Shown piece by piece: positions 50,148 through 59,156 of a stretch of DNA of 63,575 nucleotides (the stretch's first letter is position 1; the number at the start of each line of letters is the position of its first letter). A program made the translations under genes and the position numbers. The notes beneath the pieces were generated by a model, which made no database searches, was not told the DNA's origin, and saw only the letters and a program-made list of their open reading frames with translations. The stretch comes from a virus (lineage: Duplodnaviria > Caudoviricetes), in the IMG/VR virus record IMGVR_UViG_3300017705_000681, positions 1 through 63,575 of that record; one strand, given 5' to 3'.

Positions 50148-50181
50148 GTAATTTATTATAGTCCTGTTACTTTTATATAGT

Positions 50182-50865
50182 ATGGCAAAATACGCATTTA
50201 TACCTACGAGAGATAAATCTACCGTAAATACTGAGCTACAAGACTACCTCACCGAAGCTGGTTTCAATGTTAATTTTTTAATAGGTAAGAATAATATTTT
50301 TGAAGCATACGAGGAAGCCTGTAAACCTGTTATGGCAAAAGACACGGTTGTCATGTGTCATGATGATATTAAAATTCTAAACTCTACGGAGTCTTTTAAT
50401 GCCTTCTTGGATAAGGATTTGGACAAAAGTTCCACTGGGTTTGTAGGGGTGGCAGGAGCTAGGGTATTAAACCAAAGCGCTATGTGGTGGGAAGGTATCC
50501 AAAGTACGGGCTCCCCCAACCATTCAGGGTTTGTTTGGCATGGGGATGACCTGAACGACATGTCTATGAGTTTTTATGGGATTCCCGCCGGTGATGTTGT
50601 AGTTTTAGACGGGTTATTTCTAGCTGCTAAAGGGGCTACCCTTAATTCCATCCAATTAAAAAAACCTTCATTCTTTGAAGGCGACTGGGATTTCTATGAT
50701 ATCTTTTACACCTTTCAGGCTTTCAAGAAAGGTTTTCGCAATAAAGCTATCCCTCTTCAAATTTTACACTCTTCTGTTGGTAATATTGAAGGTAAGGACT
50801 CTTGGCACAACAATAGAAAAGCTTTTGCCGACTACTTTGTTAGGGAACTCCCAACACATGTTTAA
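50182..50865 (+). CDS. Glycosyltransferase-like protein (GT-A fold, family 2-like)
   Basis: Motifs NIFEAY, MCHDD, GFVGVAG, VVVLDGLFLA, WDFYDI and LHSSVG. Confidence 0.8.
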   Translation: MAKYAFIPTRDKSTVNTELQDYLTEAGFNVNFLIGKNNIFEAYEEACKPVMAKDTVVMCHDDIKILNSTESFNAFLDKDLDKSSTGFVGVAGARVLNQSAMWWEGIQSTGSPNHSGFVWHGDDLNDMSMSFYGIPAGDVVVLDGLFLAAKGATLNSIQLKKPSFFEGDWDFYDIFYTFQAFKKGFRNKAIPLQILHSSVGNIEGKDSWHNNRKAFADYFVRELPTHV

Positions 50866-51362
50866 TATGTAAATGTGTATGCTTTTTCAAAAGCATCTTC
50901 AGAGAATCTATTTAACAATTTTGTTAACTTTTGGGAAGGTTTCTTCTCCGGATGAGCCACAATTATCGAATTGCAATGCTTAGAAATATAATCTACAAAA
51001 TCTTCAGTTACTTCTTCAATATTATATATAATCTCGGTATCTGAATCTTTCTCACCTAACATGACCGTTTTATGTGCTTGCTTAGATAGAAGCGCCAAAG
51101 TCACCTTCGACCTTAAAGAAGACATATTTCCAAAACTTGGGTGCGGAATTACCAATGTGTATGGTATTTTTAAATCCTTTAACAGTAATCCCGCAACAAC
51201 ATTAGTTCCCTTATACGAGGGAAGAAAAACATGGGAGACATTTAACTGTTTTAACGTGCTCCCAACTTTATTAAGAGCCTCATCAAACTTTTTTGAACTG
51301 TGACCGGGACCCTTCCGAGGGAATGAATCATCCCCAAAGAAGACAGCAATATTTTTAGGCAT
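50862..51362 (-). CDS. Putative SLOG-superfamily (YspA/DUF1273-like) protein
   Basis: Pattern NIAVF.G...GTNVVA...KIPYTLVIP...YISKHCNSIIV suggests a SLOG Rossmannoid fold. Confidence 0.4.
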   Translation of the reverse strand: MPKNIAVFFGDDSFPRKGPGHSSKKFDEALNKVGSTLKQLNVSHVFLPSYKGTNVVAGLLLKDLKIPYTLVIPHPSFGNMSSLRSKVTLALLSKQAHKTVMLGEKDSDTEIIYNIEEVTEDFVDYISKHCNSIIVAHPEKKPSQKLTKLLNRFSEDAFEKAYTFTY

Positions 51363-52629
51363 TACCGCCGGTGTTTTGTGCCGTTCTCATAGCGCCTTGA
51401 GCCATTCTAGCTATTCCTGACTTAACTTTATTCGCGCCCCCGAGAATCTGCTTAGCTCTATATTTCGTATGACCTCCAGCAAGTGCTATTTTTTGAGCAC
51501 GTTGAGCTTTACCAAGGGCTTTACCTGTAAGTTTCTTTTCCGGCGCTTGAGCACTCTGACCACCGCCTCCAGAGCCACCCCTTTGCGTTTGTGAAGCACC
51601 TCCACCTCCTCCTCCTTGATTCTGTTGGATTTGAGGACTGAAGTTTATAGTTTGGTTGCCTCCGCCACCACCTTGACCTTTACTACCTCCACCTTGACCT
51701 TTACTACCGCCAACAGGACCTTTACTACCGCCAACAGGACCTTTACTACCGCCAACAGGACCTTTACTGCCTCCGCCTTGGGCTGGTGCTGGCGCTCCTG
51801 CTGTTGCTGGTGGCTTCCGTGTCGGTGGGTCGAAAATCCCATGGGGTCCTTTGATGACACTCGGTGGGTTGGGTCTATTCTTCGGGGCTCCTGCCTCCCA
51901 TCCTGATTTAATGGCACCTCCTATTTGTCGACCTGCCTTTACTCCGTGGTGTAAGCTGGCTAGCGCTCCTTTTTTCAGTCCTCTGGCTACGGTTGGACCG
52001 TGCTTTTTAATACCTTCAATACCTTTCCCACCAAGCTTTTTAGCGCCTCTGTACCCTTGACGGAGTTTGTTACCTGTCCATTGTCCTCGACCTTGGGCTG
52101 TTCCTTTCTTAAAACCTTTCTTACCCTGCATACCTGATTTCATTCCATGCATAGTACCTTGACCGAAACGTTTAACTGAGTCTGCTCCTCCTCGCATTTT
52201 AGAGGAAATTTTTCCGCCGACATTTTTCATTCCTGCCTTTGCCTTACCTAGGCTTGCCTTTGCCTTATCACTTCCAATTTTAAATTTGGCGTTAGCTGCG
52301 GCGCCTACATCCCCTACCTTTCGCTTGAGTCTTGCTAGTGGCTTATTTCTTTTGGCAGCCAATCTATCAGCCATAGAACCTCTCCTACCTACAGGCATTT
52401 TCCCGCCTGAGCCGTGTTGTATTCCTGCGGCAAACGTATTGCCTAACCCAAGGCTTCGTGCGGTTCCTTGGTTTCTTTTAGTTGTAACTTTCGCTGCGGC
52501 ACCGGGAACTCCAGCCTTTGCCTGTCTTTTAAGTTTTTGAATACCCTCATCGAGAGCTTTAGCTTTTTTAATTTCCCATAGTTGGAATGCTAAGGAATTA
52601 GAAGGAATTATTGTTTTAAGTTGTTTCAT
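51355..52629 (-). CDS. Gly/Lys-rich basic low-complexity protein, putative capsid cargo
   Basis: Almost no acidic residues after ALDE; contains GGSKGPV repeats. Confidence 0.65.
   Translation of the reverse strand: MKQLKTIIPSNSLAFQLWEIKKAKALDEGIQKLKRQAKAGVPGAAAKVTTKRNQGTARSLGLGNTFAAGIQHGSGGKMPVGRRGSMADRLAAKRNKPLARLKRKVGDVGAAANAKFKIGSDKAKASLGKAKAGMKNVGGKISSKMRGGADSVKRFGQGTMHGMKSGMQGKKGFKKGTAQGRGQWTGNKLRQGYRGAKKLGGKGIEGIKKHGPTVARGLKKGALASLHHGVKAGRQIGGAIKSGWEAGAPKNRPNPPSVIKGPHGIFDPPTRKPPATAGAPAPAQGGGSKGPVGGSKGPVGGSKGPVGGSKGQGGGSKGQGGGGGNQTINFSPQIQQNQGGGGGGASQTQRGGSGGGGQSAQAPEKKLTGKALGKAQRAQKIALAGGHTKYRAKQILGGANKVKSGIARMAQGAMRTAQNTGGNA
51675..51768. repeat. Coding tandem repeat, 21-bp unit, about 4.5 copies (GGSKGPV/GGSKGQG)
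   Basis: GACCTTTACTACCGCCAACAG exact at 51696, 51717 and 51738, with a variant at 51675 and a partial copy at 51759. Confidence 0.9.
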
Positions 52630-54096
52630 TTATGCAGCCTGGCTCTGTGTATATCTAGCTACCTGAGAAGACCCAGGTCCGAATTTTACATCCTTTTTCG
52701 CAGTAGGACCGGAAGACTTTGCTTTAGCGGAATCCCCTGCAACTGCTTTGCCTACTTTGGAAACTCCTTGACCAACTTTTTTAATCGCTTTTCCACCTAA
52801 GCTAACTGTTTTTCCTGCTGCCATTGACCCTAGCGCTCCAGCTCCGTGTACTGCAGCTCCCGCTGCCTTCCCAGCTAGTTTAGTAGCTCCTCCGGCTACC
52901 TTCGAACCTGTTTGTATAGTCTGTCCCGCAAGCTTCGTGCCGTATTCTGCGGTTTTTCCTATAGCACCTGCTGCAGCTTTGGTTGCAGTTCCGGCACCTT
53001 TTAATGCGGCACCTCCCGCTCGTCCAGCGACTTCACCTGCAGTTCCGGCTCCGTAAGTTAGAGCGCCTAAAGCCGCCAAAGGAACTCCTGCTATAGCTCC
53101 CAAACCAGTACTCGACATTGCGGCTCCGGTCTTCATCATTCCCATTCCGGCAGTTCGTCCCCCTTTACCTACTAGTTTTCCTGCGCCTTTTGACACATGT
53201 CCAGCCCCCCTCATAGTGGAGCCTACGGCTTTACTTCCATACTTAGCGACTGTGCCTACGGGCTTTCCTAAAGCCTTCACACCACCCCCGACGGCACCGC
53301 CTACTTTTTGGATTCCTGTTCCGGCAATATTGGCTGTTTTTGAAACAGCTTGTCCTGTTTTTTTACTAATGAACTTACCACCTTTTTCAATACCTTGCCC
53401 TGTTTTGTCGACTCCTGTGCCCGCGGTTTGAGTTCCTCGTCCCGCGAGGTCCACAGCTCCTCCTGCAAATCTGCGTCCAGCGCGTAAGGTCTTTCCAATT
53501 ATTTCATCGAATAATTCTATTTTTTTTTTGAGCGAGGTATAAGTACCTAGCTGATGGTCTAGTTGAAGTTTATCTTTTAGTCTCGCAGACATGGTTCTTA
53601 TCATCCTCTTATAAGCTTGCATGTTTCCTGCTCTTTTATGTGCTATAGCTTTTTTAAGGGTGCTTCTCGAATCCTCACCTTGTTCAGATTGTGTCTCTCT
53701 TTTAAACACGGGCTGGTCAAAATTAGTGTTCTTGACGCCTCCGCTTTTTTTAATAATAGCGTCACCCCGGCGTCTATTCTTTTCACGTCCGGTGGAACTT
53801 TCTTCTACTTTCTCCCCATGAGCTTTAGCAGCAGCTCGTACCTCACCTCTTTTCGGTTTCTTAACCCCTCTGGTTGCTGTTGCGATGTGACCTTCAGCGC
53901 GAGCATCTTTGCCTGATTCCCAATCAATAGGGGAACTCCTTTGAAGCCTTCGACGGTTAGCGTTAGCTCTTGCGTTAAATCTTGCTAAAGCAGCCTCATA
54001 TGCCGCTGTATCTTTTTTGTTAAGTTTACCTGTTTTATGCTTTTTAATCATTAAGGCAGCAAGTTCTTTGTTGCGTTCGTTGAGGAGTTGCTTCAT
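52630..54096 (-). CDS. Gly/Ala/Lys-rich basic protein, putative capsid cargo
   Basis: MKQLLNE leader; amphipathic GKAVG-type repeats and one hydrophobic stretch (GLGAIAGVPLAALGALTYG). Confidence 0.65.
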   Translation of the reverse strand: MKQLLNERNKELAALMIKKHKTGKLNKKDTAAYEAALARFNARANANRRRLQRSSPIDWESGKDARAEGHIATATRGVKKPKRGEVRAAAKAHGEKVEESSTGREKNRRRGDAIIKKSGGVKNTNFDQPVFKRETQSEQGEDSRSTLKKAIAHKRAGNMQAYKRMIRTMSARLKDKLQLDHQLGTYTSLKKKIELFDEIIGKTLRAGRRFAGGAVDLAGRGTQTAGTGVDKTGQGIEKGGKFISKKTGQAVSKTANIAGTGIQKVGGAVGGGVKALGKPVGTVAKYGSKAVGSTMRGAGHVSKGAGKLVGKGGRTAGMGMMKTGAAMSSTGLGAIAGVPLAALGALTYGAGTAGEVAGRAGGAALKGAGTATKAAAGAIGKTAEYGTKLAGQTIQTGSKVAGGATKLAGKAAGAAVHGAGALGSMAAGKTVSLGGKAIKKVGQGVSKVGKAVAGDSAKAKSSGPTAKKDVKFGPGSSQVARYTQSQAA

Positions 54097-54105
54097 AGTC
54101 TGTAT

Positions 54106-54112
54106 TATTTAG
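54106..54112 (-). promoter_or_regulatory. Late promoter-like motif CTAAATA
   Basis: 9 nt upstream of the ATG at 54096. Confidence 0.6.
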
Positions 54113-54122
54113 GGGGGTTAAT

Positions 54123-54656
54123 TTAGTTTGAAGGAACTTTTCCCTCGGGGAATACTTCGGGAGATTCTCTTAACACCTTAGCCGAAGCTAATAAATGGAA
54201 AACACCATATGCTGCAAAGTTGTCCTCAACAACTTGAAAAACTTCATAGAACAAGTTTTGAAATGCAGGCTTTATAATATCACCAGCCTGGAGAGGTCTT
54301 TGTAATTCCTGTTCTAAGTAAGCTTTATTGAAAGTGAACTGTTGGTCATTCGTAATTTCTATTCCGAATTCGGTTAAATTCTCTTCTAATGCTCTAGGGT
54401 CGTAGTGACCCCAAACTACTTTAGGGTAAGGGTCAATAGTTTTTGTACGTCGTTCATCGAATAATTCGTCAAAATTATCATCATGTACGTACTTATAAAC
54501 AAGAATTTTAGAACCTGAAACTTTAATAAGTTCGTCGTCAACTGCGTTAAAGAGATTAATATCCGGATTGTTTAAATCAAATAAATTTAGAGTCCCGTCG
54601 GAATCATCTGACGTGACAATATTATGATTAAACTCGGAAATCTTTTTTTTCACCAT
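54123..54656 (-). CDS. Neck/head-closure protein (T4 gp14-like)
   Basis: Pattern DELI..SG..ILVYK, LTEFGIEI, F.F, AGDII...FYEVFQV. Confidence 0.75.
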   Translation of the reverse strand: MVKKKISEFNHNIVTSDDSDGTLNLFDLNNPDINLFNAVDDELIKVSGSKILVYKYVHDDNFDELFDERRTKTIDPYPKVVWGHYDPRALEENLTEFGIEITNDQQFTFNKAYLEQELQRPLQAGDIIKPAFQNLFYEVFQVVEDNFAAYGVFHLLASAKVLRESPEVFPEGKVPSN

Positions 54657-54658
54657 TA

Positions 54659-54940
54659 CTACTTTAAGGATTTAACTAACTCTTCCATTTGGGTCGACAT
54701 GTGCTCCATTTGAAGTTGGATTAGTTTTACATTAGTATTTGTTTCTTGAAGCGTATTATTCATATTCTCAACTCTGATTTCCATTTTCTCAATGGAAGTT
54801 TTATTATCCATAATTTCTTGGCTATTAGCTTCAGTTTGAGCCTGAAGTGAGAATAACCAAAAAAGACAGGTTACAAAAGGAATTAACAGTGTGACCCCGG
54901 TACGGGCTACACTTTGGAATTGGGTATTAGTATTTGTCAT
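54659..54940 (-). CDS. Small membrane protein (one TM helix plus coiled coil)
   Basis: Hydrophobic VTLLIPFVTCLFWLFSL followed by heptad repeats. Confidence 0.6.
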   Translation of the reverse strand: MTNTNTQFQSVARTGVTLLIPFVTCLFWLFSLQAQTEANSQEIMDNKTSIEKMEIRVENMNNTLQETNTNVKLIQLQMEHMSTQMEELVKSLK

Positions 54941-55551
54941 TGCGTGTTCTTTAGTACGTTTTCGGCGTCTTTCTTTCTAGCCCCAGACTCTCTTTTAATC
55001 CGTTTAATTCGGAGTTGATTATTTCTACGTAAGTCCGCTAATTCTGCGCGCTGGCTATTTTTTAAGCCAGCCTTGTTTTTGATGTTTGCTACTTTTTGTC
55101 CTTTATATTGTTTTAGAATTTGGGATGTCCTTGTGGTTTTTATTTTTGATGCAAGCGCTAATCTTTGGGCTGTGTTTGATTTAATATGTTTAATCCTTGC
55201 CTTTGTATCTTTAACCGCTGCTATGCGATTTTTCTCTCTTTGCTCATCTCCTGTATCGGGGTCTTGGTTATCATATATTCGTGTGCCGACATAATCAGAA
55301 CCCAGTTGGGTGCTTACTTTGTTTAAATTGTCTGGATTTTCAAAATGGGCTTTTAAAGCTTTCTTTTGACGAGAGGTTAGGCGTTTACCACTTTTTAACG
55401 ATTTCAAACCTTTCCTCGCCGACTTACCTCCAAAACCTTCTTTATGTTTTTTTTCTTTATATGAAAGCCGGTTTCCCCCATCGACTAGTTGAGCCTTGGT
55501 TGCTTCGTTTAGATATTGTTTAAAATCCATTGTGGTATTGTTGTTTCTCAT
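54937..55551 (-). CDS. Basic protein with T4 internal-protein-like leader (MDFKQYLNE)
   Basis: Lys/Arg-rich; leader resembles the T4 capsid targeting sequence MKTYQEFIAE. Confidence 0.65.
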   Translation of the reverse strand: MRNNNTTMDFKQYLNEATKAQLVDGGNRLSYKEKKHKEGFGGKSARKGLKSLKSGKRLTSRQKKALKAHFENPDNLNKVSTQLGSDYVGTRIYDNQDPDTGDEQREKNRIAAVKDTKARIKHIKSNTAQRLALASKIKTTRTSQILKQYKGQKVANIKNKAGLKNSQRAELADLRRNNQLRIKRIKRESGARKKDAENVLKNTQ

Positions 55552-55553
55552 AA

Positions 55554-56150
55554 TTAGTTACAAGGGGTTCTCTTTGCTATAGCGTCCATTAGGAAACCCT
55601 CATTGGACCAAGCGGGCTGGTCCATCCAACAGGCTGTAATTAACTCGAAGAGACCTGTGACGCTGTCTTTTCGTACGCTTCTCGATTCTTTGTAAAGACA
55701 TTTGACAATTTTTCCTAAGTCCAACATAGGTATTCCTTCTGCTTTAGTATCTTCAATGCATTTTTTGGTAAGGTCACTTAGTCGGTCCTTATGTTTAGAA
55801 AAACACTCAGGGGATATATTTAACTTACCATCAAGGTTCCAAGTTCCGTAATCATACTTCATACTGCCCGCTACACAGGTTTCATCACAAAGACCTTTAT
55901 AAATATCCCTAAAGGTAGACCACTTCATATCAATCGTATATTGGCTTCGGTCGGAAAAAGTGTCAATGCCTTGCCAGTCAATGAAAGGGACATGCCCCAT
56001 CACCATCGTTTCCTCGCAGTTGCAAACCCAATGCCAGCTTACGATAACAGTACCCTTTATGGCGCCTGTTCGTGCATTAATGGTAGCTTTAATTCTACCG
56101 TTAATTGTTGTGCCTGCAACGCACAAACCCTCAGCGGTTTCACTTACCAT
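55554..56150 (-). CDS. Cys-rich hypothetical protein
   Basis: 198 aa with 10 Cys; tightly packed in the operon. Confidence 0.55.
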   Translation of the reverse strand: MVSETAEGLCVAGTTINGRIKATINARTGAIKGTVIVSWHWVCNCEETMVMGHVPFIDWQGIDTFSDRSQYTIDMKWSTFRDIYKGLCDETCVAGSMKYDYGTWNLDGKLNISPECFSKHKDRLSDLTKKCIEDTKAEGIPMLDLGKIVKCLYKESRSVRKDSVTGLFELITACWMDQPAWSNEGFLMDAIAKRTPCN

Positions 56151-56154
56151 GATT

Positions 56155-56766
56155 CTAGATTACCAGGTCGGCTCTCCAGCGTGGAAGCGAGTCATTCAGA
56201 CTGTGGTTGTAGACAGGAATTCTTCCCCAGCGCCAGCTGTAAATTAGCGAATTAATAAAATTTCGAGCTGCGACTCCACCATCATTGCCGTCGATTATTC
56301 TAGGATTGGTGATTCTTAACACCCCGATTCTATTACCCGACCAACCTGTGGGGATGAGAGAATCGTCAAAAAATTCGATGTCTCCTGTGTCTTTCACTCT
56401 AATATGGACAGCTTCTTGGTCAGGGGCAATATTACCAGCCAGACCAAGACCACTAGTAGTTACAGAACTGGTATCCTGAGTGAAAGCATATGTTTGTTGT
56501 TGGTAAATACTAGGGTTACTAGATGATATATAATCGTACACGGATTGATGGGTGTACCCGAGACCCTCCAAATGGATTCCGGAAACTGTCTCGCAGGCTC
56601 CAGAGGGCGGCCAACTTCCGCTAACGCCCCAGGTAACAACGGTATATGTTGCGGTTAATTTCTGACGAAAATCAACAAGTTCATACGCAGTGCCAGTTGC
56701 GTTATAATCGACTCCGGTTACACTAGTCGTTGAGCCGGTTACAGAATAAGATACAGGAGGTGTCAT
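56155..56766 (-). CDS. Hypothetical protein, probably virion-associated
   Basis: Ser/Thr/Gly-rich, beta-like; CTATATA motif just upstream of the ATG. Confidence 0.55.
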   Translation of the reverse strand: MTPPVSYSVTGSTTSVTGVDYNATGTAYELVDFRQKLTATYTVVTWGVSGSWPPSGACETVSGIHLEGLGYTHQSVYDYISSSNPSIYQQQTYAFTQDTSSVTTSGLGLAGNIAPDQEAVHIRVKDTGDIEFFDDSLIPTGWSGNRIGVLRITNPRIIDGNDGGVAARNFINSLIYSWRWGRIPVYNHSLNDSLPRWRADLVI

Positions 56767-56838
56767 ACTTTATATAGTAATACGAAAAAATTTATTCCTT
56801 ATTATCTGGCAGTGTAGCTCTTTTTTTATCGGGTATCA

Positions 56839-56845
56839 CTAAATA
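56839..56845 (+). promoter_or_regulatory. Late promoter-like motif CTAAATA
   Basis: 7 nt upstream of the ATG of the hydrolase gene. Confidence 0.6.
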
Positions 56846-56852
56846 ATTATAT

Positions 56853-58916
56853 ATGCCTATTTCAACACCAAAAACATACGCCGTCGATGCTTCGGGAGAA
56901 GCTGTTGTCCTAAGTGATGGGTATACTATGCGATTCAATTGCTGGAGACCTGTTGAGTCAGGGGTCGTCCCTATTCTAATTCTGACGCCGGGAACTGGGG
57001 GGTGGAGGGATGGACCTTCAACTCAAGTACCTAGTGATGATTTTTTAGATGGAACAAGAGCACATCCGACCAAATTAGTAGAAAGCCTTTTACACGCAGG
57101 GTTTGGGGTTTTACGGTATGATGTTAGAGGTCAATCTACAGAGTGGACTCCGGGTACTATTGGAACAATGGGAGGTGCAAACGCCAATAGTTATTTCCAT
57201 GCCGATAACACTCAGTATGCTATGAGCGGGGAATTCGGAGCCGAAGGCTTTAACGTAAGAGAAACTTTAGATTTTTATGAACTAAGAAGTCATGCTGTTA
57301 CTGTCTCAAGCTCTAAGTACGATTCGACTAGGGTGGGCGCGTTTGGAACTTCTTTAGGGGGTACGGTATCCATGCACGCAGGAGCATTTTCCGGGAAACC
57401 TATACCGTATTCTTCAGTAGTTAGTTCCTGCGAAGGTATTGTAGACACCTCCTCCCTAGAAAGCCATGCTGGGGGTAACGATTTTCCTTGGCCGGGCTCA
57501 AACACAGCAAGACCTGACTGGGGTATTACTGATGGTAGTGCTTATCCAGAAATACAAGGTATAGCTAGCCAATCACAGCATGGGGATTACCCTCATCTTT
57601 TAGCTCCAGACGGGGTAAGAATGGGATGGGTAACCGGACTTATTAGGATTCTGCATCAAACAACTCCTGCTACTAGGGAAGTGTCTGGACCTGGTCACCT
57701 GGAGGAAGCTTTCCGTACTGAAAATATGTCCGACCCAAAAAATAATTGGCTGAATACAAATCTATGGAGGACATACATGAATGATAACCAGACATGCCCA
57801 ATGTTGATGCAGTTCTCTTATGATGACCGCCAAAAATCCGTAGACCTACCTTTAAAGTGGATGGATATGTATAAAGGACCTAAGTATTTTAATTGTACGG
57901 GAGGACACCATGGGGGTCCTGATTGGACTTCTGAAAATAATTACAAAACCGACCTTATTGTTCAATTCTTTAGGAAACATGTAAAAGGAGAAACCACTGC
58001 CTTTCTCCCAAAAACAAGTTATCGTTACATGAAAACACCAGAGGATTATAACAGCTATCGACAGGAAGGATATGTGCCAGAGGCTCTTGAGCTCAACACT
58101 TCATCAGCGCCCACAGAAGTGCCCACACCGTTCGTTTTAGTAGCTTCAGGGGGAGATTATCACTTAGTGCAGAAAAACCCCTCAGACGTCTCCGCAACAG
58201 CTCCTACGGCAGTCGCTAATGTTGTGCAAACGCTGAACTACGAAGAAGACGGAACCGGGCATAGCCCTGTGAGTACTATATCTAATCTAGTAGATTATTT
58301 ATGCACAACTAGAAGTTCACTTAAATCCCAAGCAGTGTTGGATGATGGGAAAGGGAAGACGGACGGCTCTTGGTTTACCGTTTGTGCCACTGAATTTTAC
58401 AGTGAAGAACTTTCAGAGGATATAACAATACTAGGTCCTGTAAGTGGGTATTTTACGGTATCCTCAGATACTAGTAGCAGTCAGTTCGCATACGATGTTC
58501 TTGACTATGCGCCATCAACGGCAGTCATGTACCAATCTTCGTCATGGTCAGATGGAGGGATATTAACAGAAACGATAAATCCTAGGTCTATCGCAATAGG
58601 TTACCAAAGTTTCCACAACACTACGGACGCAAGCGCAATCACAACAAAAGCAGGGTTTCAATACTACACATTCAGGAAAGGACATAAGATTGGAATCCGG
58701 CTTAAAAACCATACGTATTTCGGACCTGTACTTAAAGAAAACAATAGCACCTCATGTTTTCAGGTTGCTCCTATTATTGGAGACTTTGACCTAGATGTTA
58801 TTTTAAGCGAAGCGGTGAGCTATATTATGCTCCCGGTTTTGCCGGATGTTGCTCCAGTGCCGGAGGCGTTCAAAGGTGGAGGTTGGCCGAGAATGCGGGA
58901 TGTTCCTCTTGTTTAA
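56853..58916 (+). CDS. CocE/NonD (peptidase S15/PepX-like) alpha/beta hydrolase
   Basis: LSDG..M...WRP, GFGVLRYDVRGQS, nucleophile elbow GAFGTSLGG, Asp (SYDDR) and His (GGHH) candidates; C-terminal PepX_C-like domain (LSEDITILG...YTFRKGHKIGIRL). Confidence 0.8.
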   Translation: MPISTPKTYAVDASGEAVVLSDGYTMRFNCWRPVESGVVPILILTPGTGGWRDGPSTQVPSDDFLDGTRAHPTKLVESLLHAGFGVLRYDVRGQSTEWTPGTIGTMGGANANSYFHADNTQYAMSGEFGAEGFNVRETLDFYELRSHAVTVSSSKYDSTRVGAFGTSLGGTVSMHAGAFSGKPIPYSSVVSSCEGIVDTSSLESHAGGNDFPWPGSNTARPDWGITDGSAYPEIQGIASQSQHGDYPHLLAPDGVRMGWVTGLIRILHQTTPATREVSGPGHLEEAFRTENMSDPKNNWLNTNLWRTYMNDNQTCPMLMQFSYDDRQKSVDLPLKWMDMYKGPKYFNCTGGHHGGPDWTSENNYKTDLIVQFFRKHVKGETTAFLPKTSYRYMKTPEDYNSYRQEGYVPEALELNTSSAPTEVPTPFVLVASGGDYHLVQKNPSDVSATAPTAVANVVQTLNYEEDGTGHSPVSTISNLVDYLCTTRSSLKSQAVLDDGKGKTDGSWFTVCATEFYSEELSEDITILGPVSGYFTVSSDTSSSQFAYDVLDYAPSTAVMYQSSSWSDGGILTETINPRSIAIGYQSFHNTTDASAITTKAGFQYYTFRKGHKIGIRLKNHTYFGPVLKENNSTSCFQVAPIIGDFDLDVILSEAVSYIMLPVLPDVAPVPEAFKGGGWPRMRDVPLV

Positions 58917-59012
58917 GTGACAAGATAGAAGAAGAGCCCGTAAAATAGCGGGGGACACACAAGGAACACAAAGTATAGAACCTCTATACAGAGGCGTCGA
59001 AAATTTTTTTTA

Positions 59013-59156
59013 TTACAAATCTTGCTCATCAGATATAAGAATAAAGCGAGGGTGGGATATGCCACTTCTTTGTCCCCAATCGCAATGAGAGAGGATAAGT
59101 AAAATTAAAATCCAAGATATTAGGAACGCTATCCTACTTTTGTTCTTTTCCTTCAT
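59013..59156 (-). CDS. Small membrane peptide/possible lipoprotein (47 aa)
   Basis: Below the ORF-track cutoff; MKEKNKSRIAFLISWILILLILSHCDWGQRSGISHPRFILISDEQDL; overlaps the end of the upstream gene in another frame. Confidence 0.4.
   Translation of the reverse strand: MKEKNKSRIAFLISWILILLILSHCDWGQRSGISHPRFILISDEQDL

Noticed and set aside
51675-51768. 21-bp repeats as a CRISPR array or DGR repeat
   Set aside because: Head-to-tail in-frame coding repeats without spacers; no reverse transcriptase in the window.
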